Below, one piece after another: positions 49,161 to 61,521 of a stretch of 64,000 nucleotides of DNA (position 1 is the stretch's first letter; each line of letters begins with the position of its first letter). Location: positions 558,001-622,000 of the forward strand of contig CM119371.1 of assembly GCA_051294905.1 (NCBI GenBank), in the 5' to 3' direction. The position numbers and the translations under genes were made by a program. The notes under the pieces were generated by a model that did not search any database, was not told the DNA's origin, and saw only the letters and a list, made by a program, of their open reading frames with translations. The stretch comes from Botryllus schlosseri. Lineage: Eukaryota.

Positions 49161-52100
49161 AGGCTACATCAATACTGGGCATAGGCTATCACTTCATTGA
49201 AAGATAGGGTTGGAATTAGCAATATGACGTTACGTGATGTCACGAGGTTCACGTTCGTGTTCACACAGAACCTTTCGAAAAGCTTCACGGTCAAACGAAC
49301 CTGAACCTTCCAGAGGTTCACACCATCCCTAGTTAAAACGCTTGTATTCCTCACAATGCATATTGTCAGATCACGACTAAAACAAGGCAATCATAGCAAT
49401 ATGCCAACGTATATCGTCAGTAAAGCCGCAGTTTTAGCCGTTTTTAATATATATAAACTTTATATAACTGTTCAACCGGCCAGTCATCGTAATTTTGCTA
49501 ATTCCATGTTGATCAAATAAGACCCGATGGTCCGTGATATATCGTAATTATTATTGAGTATTCAAGTGAAAAGCATGGGAATGGATTTTGAGGTAACATT
49601 TTGGAATCATATGGTCCGGCCCGCGAGTGCTCTGAAAGTTTGAATCCGGCCCGCGACGCTAGTTGAATTTGACACCTTTGGTGTACACTATGCAATAATA
49701 TAGGCTATCACTTCACTGAAATATAGTGATGTAATAAGCAATATGACGTCACGTGACGTCATTACCAGCATGTTCGCGGTCACACAGAACCTTTCAAAAA
49801 GATTTGCATTCACACGAACCTGAACCTTTCAAAGGTTCACACCACCCCGAGTATGTATTACCTGTGGTTACACACTGTGTACAACATACAGTGTACAAGT
49901 ACACGTGCCTAACTAATTCTAAGCAAATTATCATTCACAATAAATATTCGCAGATATATTTGTTTTTCATGAAGTAATATCAGAGGGGAAGATAGTTTTC
50001 GGCGGAAAAGTTGAGGCGCGCAACTCGGAGAGCAAAAGTATACTCTACCAAATATTGAATTGAATTTCAGTAGAAGTCAGTAAAATATTTCTACGGTAAC
50101 GGAATGGTCGAGGTTTTTGGAGAGCGAAAGTCTCTAAATGACACAGGGTTGATGTGAAAATGGTCGCATACCGTTACGCATAATCTTAAAAATCAATAGA
50201 AAGTGTGTTAAAGGGTGATTTTCTCACGATTGGTATATTACGCGCATATTATGTTCACTTCAAGTGGACAGATTTCGGTTGGTAACTTTTATCGTGAGTC
50301 AGAAAAACCATCGAGAATGTTTACGGCCCATAAGTTATAACAAACTATTTGGTGTTCTAGTAATTCTCATTAAAACCGCGTTGATCCAGTCATCAATTAT
50401 GTGACGAAGTAATATCGCATGATATACTCGAAAGTGGCAACTATTGTGGGTTATCACCATCAACGTGAACGTGAACAGGTACACTAACATGAACATAAAC
50501 ATGTTTTCTTTGTAGTGACACATAATGTAGGCCGGAAAGTTGACATTTATTTAATTAGTCAACCGACCACAAAGCATGGAAAATTTACCATTTCTTCATT
50601 ATTTTCTCCCGATTTCTTTAAGTTTGAAAAACAGTCCCCTTTTCAGATTTCCAAAATATGGTAACGCTATTATTACACGAAGGAATGCCGACAACCAACC
50701 AGCCGTGACTTATCTTCTTATTGACAACGCACCGTCACTGTTGTTGCTACCTATTAGCTGAGATATACTGTCAGTCTGTCACCATGTAAACGCTCAACTT
50801 AACAGACGCTCTTCAAATGCCATGAAATATAAGGCTGTTAACCCAATCAACAGTACCTTAATATGATGGTCGAGTACTTCACCCACCGACTTTTCTATCT
50901 GTAGTTAACCAACAATCATTCAATATCTAACATACATTCCCTACTATAATTAGGATGCGTGAACGACCAAGCCTTTTTCTGCCAGCACTTCCGATACAAG
51001 ATAAATAACGCGCCCTCATAAGGTATTTTGCTGCGTTTTGTTATATTTTGCGAAATCTCATAAATAAGTCAAATATCTGATAAAAGTTTAACAATATTTC
51101 TCTCATAGCTGTAATTCCGATTGCAACATTTATAGTGTTGACCAACGTTACACGAATTTTCGAGAGCCGTGGTCGTTTTGTCAGCTTAACGTCGACACGA
51201 AACTATGTAGCATGCTATTTATGCAAGACTAGCCCTATCCCATTTAAGTCAAGTGGCAACGATATTTGAAGACTGTCTATTCGGAGCCCATGTCATACTG
51301 GATGGTTAGTGATGTTATATCGGTATTTTGGAAAAGAATTGATATTCATGCAATAGACATTCCCATGTAAAAGACCGAGCACTATTTGTAGGACACCGCC
51401 ATTCAGATCTCACCATTTAGGCATTATCACTAACAGCCCGATGGTGCGGTATCACGTGTAGCTTTCTCATCGAAGCAGCAAACTTATTTTCTTGCTTCTG
51501 CGTGACACTGAGCAGTATTCGTGAGGCGCTGAGGAATACTTAATAATGCAGCAACTAAGGATTACGGTGAGATAGCGAAGTATTATAATCCCCCGCTACA
51601 GTACCAATGAGTTTCGATTACGAGTCCGACCGAAGTCGACTACAAAATTGCCTACCCAAGTGATATGGATTTATCCAGGCTTGTCCACACCACCTCATCC
51701 GTGTAAGTGTTGTCTTACAAAAGACTAGAAGTGGTCCGTCCTACCAGTAGGGCTTTGGAGCCGGAACCCTGAAGCTGGGCATTCTCCCCAGAGCTGGAGC
51801 CGAAGTCGGAGCTCTTCATAAGATTCATCTGGAGCCGAAGCGGGAGCCAGTTCTTTTAGGAGTACTTCATAAGATGCTAATATATATCCAACAGCCATAT
51901 CTGCTGAATTCACATAATTCAACGCCCCTTCGTGAAATTACGTATCTTGGCCTCTCTGAAGCTACCTATTCCGACTAACCAAGTTCATAGCTTACGACCC
52001 AAGCACAAAATTGATTGAATACGGCCTCGAAAAAGGCTATTGACACGTTGATTTCAAAAATAGTCGAGAAAAGAATTAAAAATTGAAAAATTCGAAGAAT

Positions 52101-54959
52101 CGTCACGATCTAGCAGCAACAAAATTTGGCGTAACAATTACCAATTGTCGAGTTCAGATTATTCGGTACAAAGCCCGAATTCAAGGGTTTTAACCAAGTC
52201 ACAAGCTAATATTACTTTTTTGTTATTAATGGAGTTGGTTCATTTCGAATTCATAATCGAGTCAAGTCCAAGTCGTGATGCAAATGATCGTGCCCAAGTC
52301 CATGTTTACCGTTCAGTTTCGAATTCAAGTCATGTTCAACCCAGTTTTTTACAACTCTGCTCGAGTGATATCGAATGCCTCGCATTCATAATGTACCCAG
52401 TTTCTGTCATTCTTAACAATTTCTAACCCCAATTTTGATGTACGAGTACTGATAAACGAAATACCAATAACGTGTGACTTCACTATTGCTCGGGGTTACA
52501 ATGAAAATGCCTGTCTTAGCCATCCTAGCTTCGAGTGATATGACTTGGTCGAATCGTGCGCAATGTCACGAGTACAAGTCGAATCGATTCGCAAAAGAAT
52601 TAAGTCGAGTGATGTTTAGTTTTATAGAAAGCCTTGCCAACCTTGCCAATTTCTAGCGTTATATGTTGTCAAATCGTGCAGCAACGTACTACGTTGCTAC
52701 ATTCATATCATTCGACGAGTGAAATTCCTACTTTTTATTCTGCTTTGTGACAAATGTCGCTTTACGCTTGTCTTTTATTACTAGAGTTTTCCTAGAAGAT
52801 AGGAATCGGTTGATTTCACATGGGAAAATAGTCGCCGTATCACAAAAAATTTGCATACTTTCAAAACTTTGAATCAAGTAATAATTCAAATGATTCCAGA
52901 CGAGAGATGATTTTTCCTTGATTTTGCTTCGATTTTTGAAACTGAAAAACACGATCCCAATGGTATACATTTGTGGTCTCAGTATGTCAACGCCTTACCA
53001 ACTATATGTCACGATGCGAGAAGAGAACAGGGCAACCGCGCGTGTATATAATCGAGAGGATTAGAAAACCTTGTACATGTACATGTTTTGGTTACTTCCT
53101 TATAGAGTCCACTACGGTACGTATAACTGTACGAATAAAGTATGTGTTGTTCACTGCGACAGCGGACAGAGATTACATCTTTCGGACAAGATATGATTGA
53201 CCGCTTTTGCTCAACTTTTGCGATCAATATTATCAAAAACTGTCGCGGGCAGGACTTTAAACCGCATTATAATATTTGTGGTCGATTGCAATGTACATAT
53301 TTGCACTTCCCACATTTTCCCTACTGTTATGATACCAGGAGATTGTCAGTGGTCATCAACTCTCACAAAACATCATGTTTCAATGATGAGAGGCAGTATC
53401 TCAAAATCTATTCCGGTGGCCGACAAGTTCTAAATCCCATGGAGAGCTTACTCTTTCACATACTCTTTCTGGCTTCACCGAGTATGATATTATTGGACAC
53501 TGCACTGTATGATATTATTGAACACTGCAGTCACGACACCAATGGTTACAGGTTCGAGTCTCGGCTCTGCCATGTTTCTATGTGTCGGAGGTTTACCTGG
53601 GCTCGTCATCGCTGACCTCGCTGTTCACGCAGCGTCTTGAAGAAGAAGAGTGAGCCGAGCTCGAAAGTCGGCAGCAAAGACCTGAAAGTGGACGCGCGAA
53701 ACCGAGAGAGAATGAAGAGTGGGAGTGTGCGTGGAAGTAAAAGTCGTCCTCATTACGAAAGCAGAGACACTGGACTTTGAGAAATGTACTGTCGTGGCGC
53801 ACAAGGCCTAAAACAGGCGATACGCGCCACTGTAAAAAGTGTATTAATAATATTAATAATAATAATATTATTGGCTGGTATGCAATATTGTACAAGCTAA
53901 TAACTGGTTTTTGATTAGTTCTGTTGGTGTATTTGGAAAAGTGAGTAGTTTTAGTTCAGTAGCACATTAAAAAAACTAGTTGCCAACACCTAGTAAACAC
54001 GCGTCATCATTTGGCGTGAATCGTCATACCATCGTTTTGCTGTGTGATGTTCTAGCAGCCATTTCTACCTCAGAGTCTTCACTGCATAGATTAGCGTAGC
54101 CGGGGTGTTAGAAGTTGAAAGCCTTTTCATTTTATCTAGAAACGCTGTCTTTTAGAAGTGACGAATTTGTATCCAATATTTCTTATTTCGGTAGCGATTC
54201 AGTAATTTGTATTATCAGCGCTGCCAATTATCGACCAAAAACAGCGCATAACGGTATGCGATCTAGTTAGTTAGTGGTAGATCTTCAATGGTCGTAGTTC
54301 TCGTTACGCATCTTGAGCACCCAGCTGTTTGTAAAAGTCTGCTTATGTATACTATTTTAGGAAGGGGCTAGAGTTTTATCGTCATTGGCCGAATGATGAT
54401 GATCAAGTGTTGTAAAGGAAAAATGACAGCATAAAATTACAGGAAACAACATCTGCATGAAGCTCTACCTGTTTTCCAATGAAATCCAATGATATTCAAG
54501 TATGGGCCTCTTATTTGGTACGAAGATGCCAGGGTCGTTATTAAAACTCTTCGAAGCTTTCAAAGCGCACTCATGCTTGGTGAAGTTGATGAATGCGTAA
54601 GCGGTCTTCTGACACCATCTTTCTTGAAAAACTTAAGATCTCTCATTTCTCGAGAATCCGTGATAACTACAGTTGATCATTGAATTGGGACAGGATAAGA
54701 TCCTGAAAACATAATAGACTCAGTTTATCAAAGTACTCCTGATAAAGTAAACGAGTTAGTTACATAAAACTGCTTCACAACAAAACATAAAACAGCTATT
54801 CTCCGCACCTTATCAGCTTGTGTGCCAGTAAAATTTCCAAAAATCATGGTCAACACAGAATGTAATGACGACCACAGCATGCTATTTAAAACCAAGAAGC
54901 TGAACATTATTTAAAGGAGAAAATTGCTACTGTCGGTTCGATATCACACCCGTTATACA

Positions 54960-56251
54960 CAGAGATGGTCAGTAACGAAGTACTTCTACTTTTTCGAAGT
55001 ACTCAAGTAGTTTTCCTCTACTTCTGGTACTTACTCGAGTGGATCTGATTTTCGCTACTTCTACTTCTACTTCTTAATATTTTGTGATCTACTTACTTAC
55101 TTTTCTCTATTTTCAGTTTGTCAAGTAGAAGTAGTTCAATCTTCTAATTAGGAAGATAGCCTGAGGAATTTTTGAGCTGTTTTCACGAAGTATTAACATT
55201 TAATTTTCATAAAAGTTCAGTAAAGCACAGAATTTTCGTCGCGCTTCGCGCGCAGTGAATACGGGGTGACCAGTCTGATTTCACGAAAGTATCGGGGAAT
55301 AGAATTTAGGTGTAGGGTTGGCGTGGTTCCGTTCACACCACATTGTCGCCCTTCACCCATATGAAATAATTCATCAGAGTATATATGGCTCATCATAACC
55401 TTTGAAGTTGATGTTTCGCAATCTAGCATTTACTTGTCATATCGTAATCTAGCATATATATGTCCAATGTCCATGGCGTGTCCTAATCTGGAAGAGTGGA
55501 CTTTGACTTTTTTTAAGTTTTAGAGCTGTTTTAGCATACCACCTTTGAAACTTTCTGGACAAAAAACATGAAATACATATTCTGCTTTTAGAAGTAGTAT
55601 TTATATTTCACTTTCAATTTCCAGTATCATATACTTTGAGTTATAATTAATATAAGTTCTTTTGTCCGAATAACATACATGTTGAAGTATAAAAGCAAGT
55701 GCAGTAATGCCTTTAATTTCTGGAAATAAAGCTACACAATATGGCATTTTACGGTCCACCATATTTTTTATTAACGTTTATTAATTGCGCAAAGTGTTTA
55801 CACCGTATCCTATACAACTTCTCCATATTGCTCTTTGACTAAACTATACGGGCCTTATAATATGGGGGATGGCGCCATACCATGCTATTTTCCAAAACGT
55901 GTTGTTCGAGAAAACAGAGGATAGTATCGCATTTCCTTATCAATACTATCATCTTCATCCCATGATGTGGACGAATGCTTATGCTATCGAAAATTGGATA
56001 CCTGCTGGTATTCATCAATATGAATCAATCGTCACCTATCACATAGCTCAATTTGCACCTTTTTATAATCCATCCAATCAGGATCGTTTTCACAACTACT
56101 TACTTGAGTACTTTTGAAGTCAGTCAATTCTACTTCTACTTCAAGTAGTTTTAGGTTGCTCATGAAAGAAGTACTTCTACTTGTACTTGAGTAGATTTTT
56201 TCGTCGATACTTCTACTTGAGTAGCTTTCTTGACTACTTTGACCACCTCTG
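54960..56251. mobile_element. Non-autonomous hAT element with TACTTC/AAGTAG subterminal repeats
   Basis: CAGAGATGGTCA / TGACCACCTCTG ends; perfect TSD GTTATACA. Confidence 0.85.
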
Positions 56252-58877
56252 GTTATACAAGGTCTCATTGAAGCTTCTGGGAGACGGGATAAAACCGACA
56301 GCTCACTTTTGACCGTTTGGTGTATCTTGAAAAAATGCGACTAAATGTTTGCCAGATGAATAATACTGTCTGACATCGCTTAATGATATTTTCGAATTTC
56401 AGTAAATTTTGGAAAGTCTTTATGACTCATGACTGGACTTTAACGAGCTGCAGGCTACTTTTTTACTTACATTAAACAAATGTGATTCGTTCAGTTTCCG
56501 ATCAGTTAAGTGATTATTAAACAAAGAATGCGGCTGCGACTTTTGAATCGGAAAATGAGTTCCGTACACATAATGAATGTTTGGCGTCGACTGATATATG
56601 GTTTGTTTGTTTCAGTTGACTGTGCAAGGTACGTTAGGGTGCATTGGTCGTCCCGTTGCACATCGTACGCATTATCAATTCACATGGCAAGTCCAGGCTA
56701 TGCGTTGTCTATTCTACTGTCAAGTGATTTGGAATTCCTAATGTACAGCAGCGAAGTTATACTTACAATTACAGTTTTAAAATGTCTCAGATCCACGGAA
56801 ATTTGAACGAAAAGTAAGCGTTCATTATACTGCTGTTTGTTTGGCTATCCATTATCTTCATATAATAATCCTTGGATGTGAAATGCTATTCCTCAGTTTG
56901 TTTACTTGCCCCATAAGCTCTCAGTCCCTTACAAACTTTGAAGTTGATACACCTGACAAATTTTGGTTTGCATTACGCACCATAAACTTATTTTGCTTCC
57001 ACGGAAATACAGACAAAAAGAAACTTTCAACAAACATCTGGGTGCCAAATCGGTGATAAGGCATTGATATTCGTGATGATGTTGTATTAGCACGACAGGT
57101 AATGTGAAACGCAATACAAAATTAGTTGCTTACAGTTATGCGCATCATTATGCAAATTAGAAGCATATCGCACGTCTGAGACGTTGCAAATGAATTGCCA
57201 CGTTACGGCGCCAATATCAGATAGATTAGATTGAATGAATTGAAACCAGGGGTTCCCAAATTTAGGGTAGCGATTCCAATAAGGTCGCTTTTTTATTCTT
57301 TGGGTTCGGGGATACAAAAATTAAATACTACTGGCTCTTACAAGAATTTCAATTATTAGGATGTTATCAACGGCTCATTTCTGCATATTTTAGACATTTT
57401 TTGAATGAAGGAAAAACGACCTACATGAAATGCGACGCAGGAAAACAAGATATCATTTCCGTCGCAGCGTCATTTTAAAGAGCGGTCTAATACAACACAA
57501 GGTTTTGGTATTGTTATTAGAATTAAGATTAAATTGCCTGGATCATGAAAACCAATACGACGGTAATGCTATGTGGTAAAAGTATGATACATAGCCTACA
57601 CAGGATATGTGCGAAAGGCGCGACGCAAAAAGTCATATATCGTTATCTGTATTTCGCGCGACGCGAATTATCATAAAAATACTTGATTACTTCGATTTTA
57701 TATAGATAGAAAACGTACCAATAGACCTTAATCCATTGCTATAGTGTTGATGGATTTTCCTAAACTCAAGAACGGGGGTGAATGAGTTCATAATTGCATG
57801 CTTCACATTACTGTGCGCACATACTCGCCAGCCCTCCAGCATAAGTCGGTAGTATGTAAGGTCGAGGATGCTGACCATTTTCAGTAATCAGCACTCAAAA
57901 TTGAGAGGTTTGGTCGCGGAACATTTTGAAATCGAAATTTGGGTTGGGACCATTTTTATTGGTTTTGGACCCATGCTTTACACCATCCGGTGACGCAAAA
58001 GGAATGCCTATTATGAGAATGCTTATGATATGCACGAACGGAGCATTTGTCCGATTGTACACCCTTTGACCGTATATATCACATATCAAGTTAATGTTTT
58101 CTCGAATAATCAAAGCCGAATCGTTGCGTTACATCGCGAATTACCCCGTTCATTATAATATTACGTTTTGACACAAAATAACTGATCATGCGTGAACTTG
58201 TGTATGCACACTGAACATTGTGAACACTCCGTCAACTTCACGTAATGGCCATTCGCACGGTGCCTATTTGTTTTTCTCCTTTGTAAGCTTATAGTTTCCC
58301 TCAGACATGCGGTGATTACTTCATCAACGTATTTAATTGCGATTACGATACCTATTACACCAAAATCTCTATTGCGATTTTATTGTTAAAGGGGCAATGC
58401 ATTCTAAATATGATGTGGTCTCGAATTGGAGATGAAATCGGTAAAAAATTCTTGGCCGCAACCATAATCTTCAGAAAGCTTCCGAAATGTAGCTGCAGAT
58501 AAACAAAAATTCCAACTATCTCCATTACTCCATTATCGACATTACTCCATTACGAATTTGCTGGCACGATATCTTCACTTGCACTTGCTCGACGAAATCT
58601 CCATTGCGATTCCTCGCCAGCAATAATTTTTGGCTATCGCGGCAGATTCAAATGTTGAGTAAATAATTGCGCAATATTGATTGCTAGGCTAGCCGATTGA
58701 AGCATTGCCATATAGTGAGCCTAAAATTCTTTCATAAAGAATGATTGTACTCGCAGATAAACATATTGATACCTTCTGTCTGTATACCACTTATTCCAGA
58801 TATTGCAAGTTGCCGAATCACGGAGCAGCTTGACTATGATACATATCTGTATCAAACCATGAAAGCATGGTGTGCAT

Positions 58878-61513
58878 CAGAGTTGGAACAATTACATTAT
58901 TTCAGTTCAATTACAATTACAATTACAATTACTTTCATGCATGTTTCAATTATATAACAATTACAATTACTCCATGCTAAAAATATCAAATTACTATTAC
59001 AATTACAATTACTCCTTGCATGCTTCAATTACATTACAATTACAATTACAATTGCTGCTGTTGAACATGTAATTGAATAATCATAAATTCAACCGTGCTC
59101 CTTGACAACCGTAGCGTCGTATTTAACAACAATTCAAGTCTAGTTCAGACTGTGTATACTCTTCAAGCCGACCAATAATGGCCGTAAAGTATTCTTCGGT
59201 GAAATGGAAAGTATTACGTACCCAAATGCAGCAAGCTTTTCTATCTCGCTGTGTCCACACCATATAGGACACTTCGGTGAAACCAGCTGGACAATAACAT
59301 ATCTATAATTTCAGTACTCGAAAGAATCGTCTTTTACTACTCGACTCGAATCATTAAAATTAATACTCAATTCAGACTCGAGCTACTATTGAAACTCAGA
59401 AATGTTGTTTAGTTGACAATCAATTTATACAGTATTTTTAGTTTTGCGAGTCTGTGCCCCATCAGGTAATCTCTCAAATCTCAATATAGCAAGATATCCT
59501 AACCTCGTATCCAGACCCCACCCTGCGGCCGGTTTTGAAGGCAATAGAGATTCAATCGTCCGGCGGTCACTGCTTTAATCACTGTTGCTGATGTAATAGT
59601 TTTGTAGTTATGTGTTAATAACATGTCTTTCATTTATCACAGGATCTTTGCTGAGATATCAGGAGACGGGTCGCGATCTAGCAAAATTAAAAAAAAGATG
59701 ATGTTCACACCAAGGTCCGGAAACTTATAAAGCAACTTCGTGCAGCCAACCCAGGGAAATGCTGAACCTGCAACCCTTCAATTGCGTGAACTATATATGC
59801 GTAATTATGAGATGCTGCAACATTTGATTAATATACAGAAGTTTCCAGTACCTAGTGTACTTTTATGGCGAGTATGCGTTAGGTTGAGTTAAGACTTTGG
59901 TGAATTCGCGTACAAGGATGAGAATGACGTCAGAAAACAGTCATATATGCATCGCATGCTTCAGGCAGTAAGGACTACATGCTTTGACGTCACCAGATTT
60001 ACTAGTGGCGTAACCAGAATTCAGGTTATCCAGACTACCGATTACTGATAGTGAAGGTTACCAGTCACCGGTAGCGTAACCGATTTCAGGTTATCCAGAC
60101 TACCGATTACCGATATCAAAGGTTACCAGACACTAGTAGCGTAACCGATTTCTGGTAACAAATGATACTAGAGACAGGTAAACCTCCTGCCACTGCTGAG
60201 ACAGGTAAATTTACCTGAATATTTCTAACAGTGTAGTAATAAATGCGCTTATGTGCGTACATAGTATGCTATGTAAGATGTCATTGTGACGTAATATTAG
60301 CGTGTTTTGTATGATCGCTAATTATGGCTCACGTAATTGGAAATGTAAAATGTTATTTACCTAATTTCCTATGAGTTAGGATTAAGGATAGGGTGCAGTA
60401 TGTCGTTGAAATAGTATTATAATATATGCACGTGTTGGATTTGCGTATATAGTATATAATTGAAAAAATAATATTATTTTTATCGAGGGACGTAGGAATT
60501 AGGGTGAGGAGTAAAAACATAACCGTGCTTTGGCAGATAAGACGTTATATAATATCCAGTGGTCTGGTTAGCCAGACGAAGTAACGATGCAGCATCGTGA
60601 TCTGAAATCGTATTGTAGATTACCAACCCACGGATAGATGCACAAGATGTGAGTCACGAATGAATGTACCGACAAACGTACTGCAGAGCCGGCTAGAAGG
60701 AGCAAACTTTGTAGTCCTAGAGCTGGCGATCCATGCGTCCAAATTTGATGCATCTGGTCTTTATCGTAAGCTATTGATGTACTAATTCCGAAAATACAAA
60801 ATAAAATCTCGTCAGGGCAATGTAACTGCTCCAAAATAGCCGTTTAAGGCCGACTGCTCTGAAAAGTGAGAGCGCTGCAGCAGCATGACCACAACAATTA
60901 CATATTACGCCCAGCAATTGTTCAGAACAATGCCGATTCCCAGACTTTCACGACTATTTTGGGATGGTACCATTGCCTGGAAATATACTTTTATTGCGGA
61001 ATCAGTGCGGCACTAGCTTTCGATTAGGACCATACATATCAAATTTCGACGCTTGGATCGCCAGCTATGGGACTATCAATTCTGCTGCTTTTAGCCAGCT
61101 CAGCAGTTCGCTTCTCGGCGTATTTAATCGTGAGTCACGTGTTGCGAATCCATCCGTTGGTTAGTAATCTAAAAATTGTATACAATGGCAGCCGAGGCCA
61201 GCATAGCGGTAAAAATAAAATAAAAAACTTCGCCCGCAAGGGCGCAGTCAAGGGCTTCCGCGAATGGATCCACCAAATTCCTTGTCGACATTTAAAGAGA
61301 ATGCATTATAAGTCAATTATTTTATGTTGTGCTTGTCAGGTCTCAATAGCAATTTAATGTAATTGAAATTGTAATTGAGCAAAATTTTTGTCAAATTGCA
61401 ATTACAATTACACAAAATAAAAATGCTTCAATTACAATTACATTACAATTACATTGAAAAATTTAATTAATTACATTCAATTACAATTACAAATTACAAT
61501 TGATCCAACTCTG
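58878..61513. mobile_element. Non-autonomous hAT element with (AATTAC)n subterminal arrays
   Basis: TIR CAGAGTTGGA / TCCAACTCTG; perfect TSD GTGTGCAT (58870-58877, 61514-61521). Confidence 0.88.
60001..60160. repeat. Minisatellite, about 65-bp unit, about 2.4 copies
   Basis: GCGTAACC...TTCAGGTTATCCAGACTACCGATTAC...AAGGTTACCAG repeated. Confidence 0.8.
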
Positions 61514-61521
61514 GTGTGCAT

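Noticed and set aside
53583..53988. Possible solo LTR (TGTCGG...CCAACA); a similar candidate spans about 13490-15590 around the hAT insertion
   Set aside because: No matching 4-6 bp TSD, partner LTR or internal domain could be found.
60570..61210. Diverged inverted repeat (about 60570-60740 vs 61050-61210)
   Set aside because: Probably an old MITE, but ends and TSD could not be defined.
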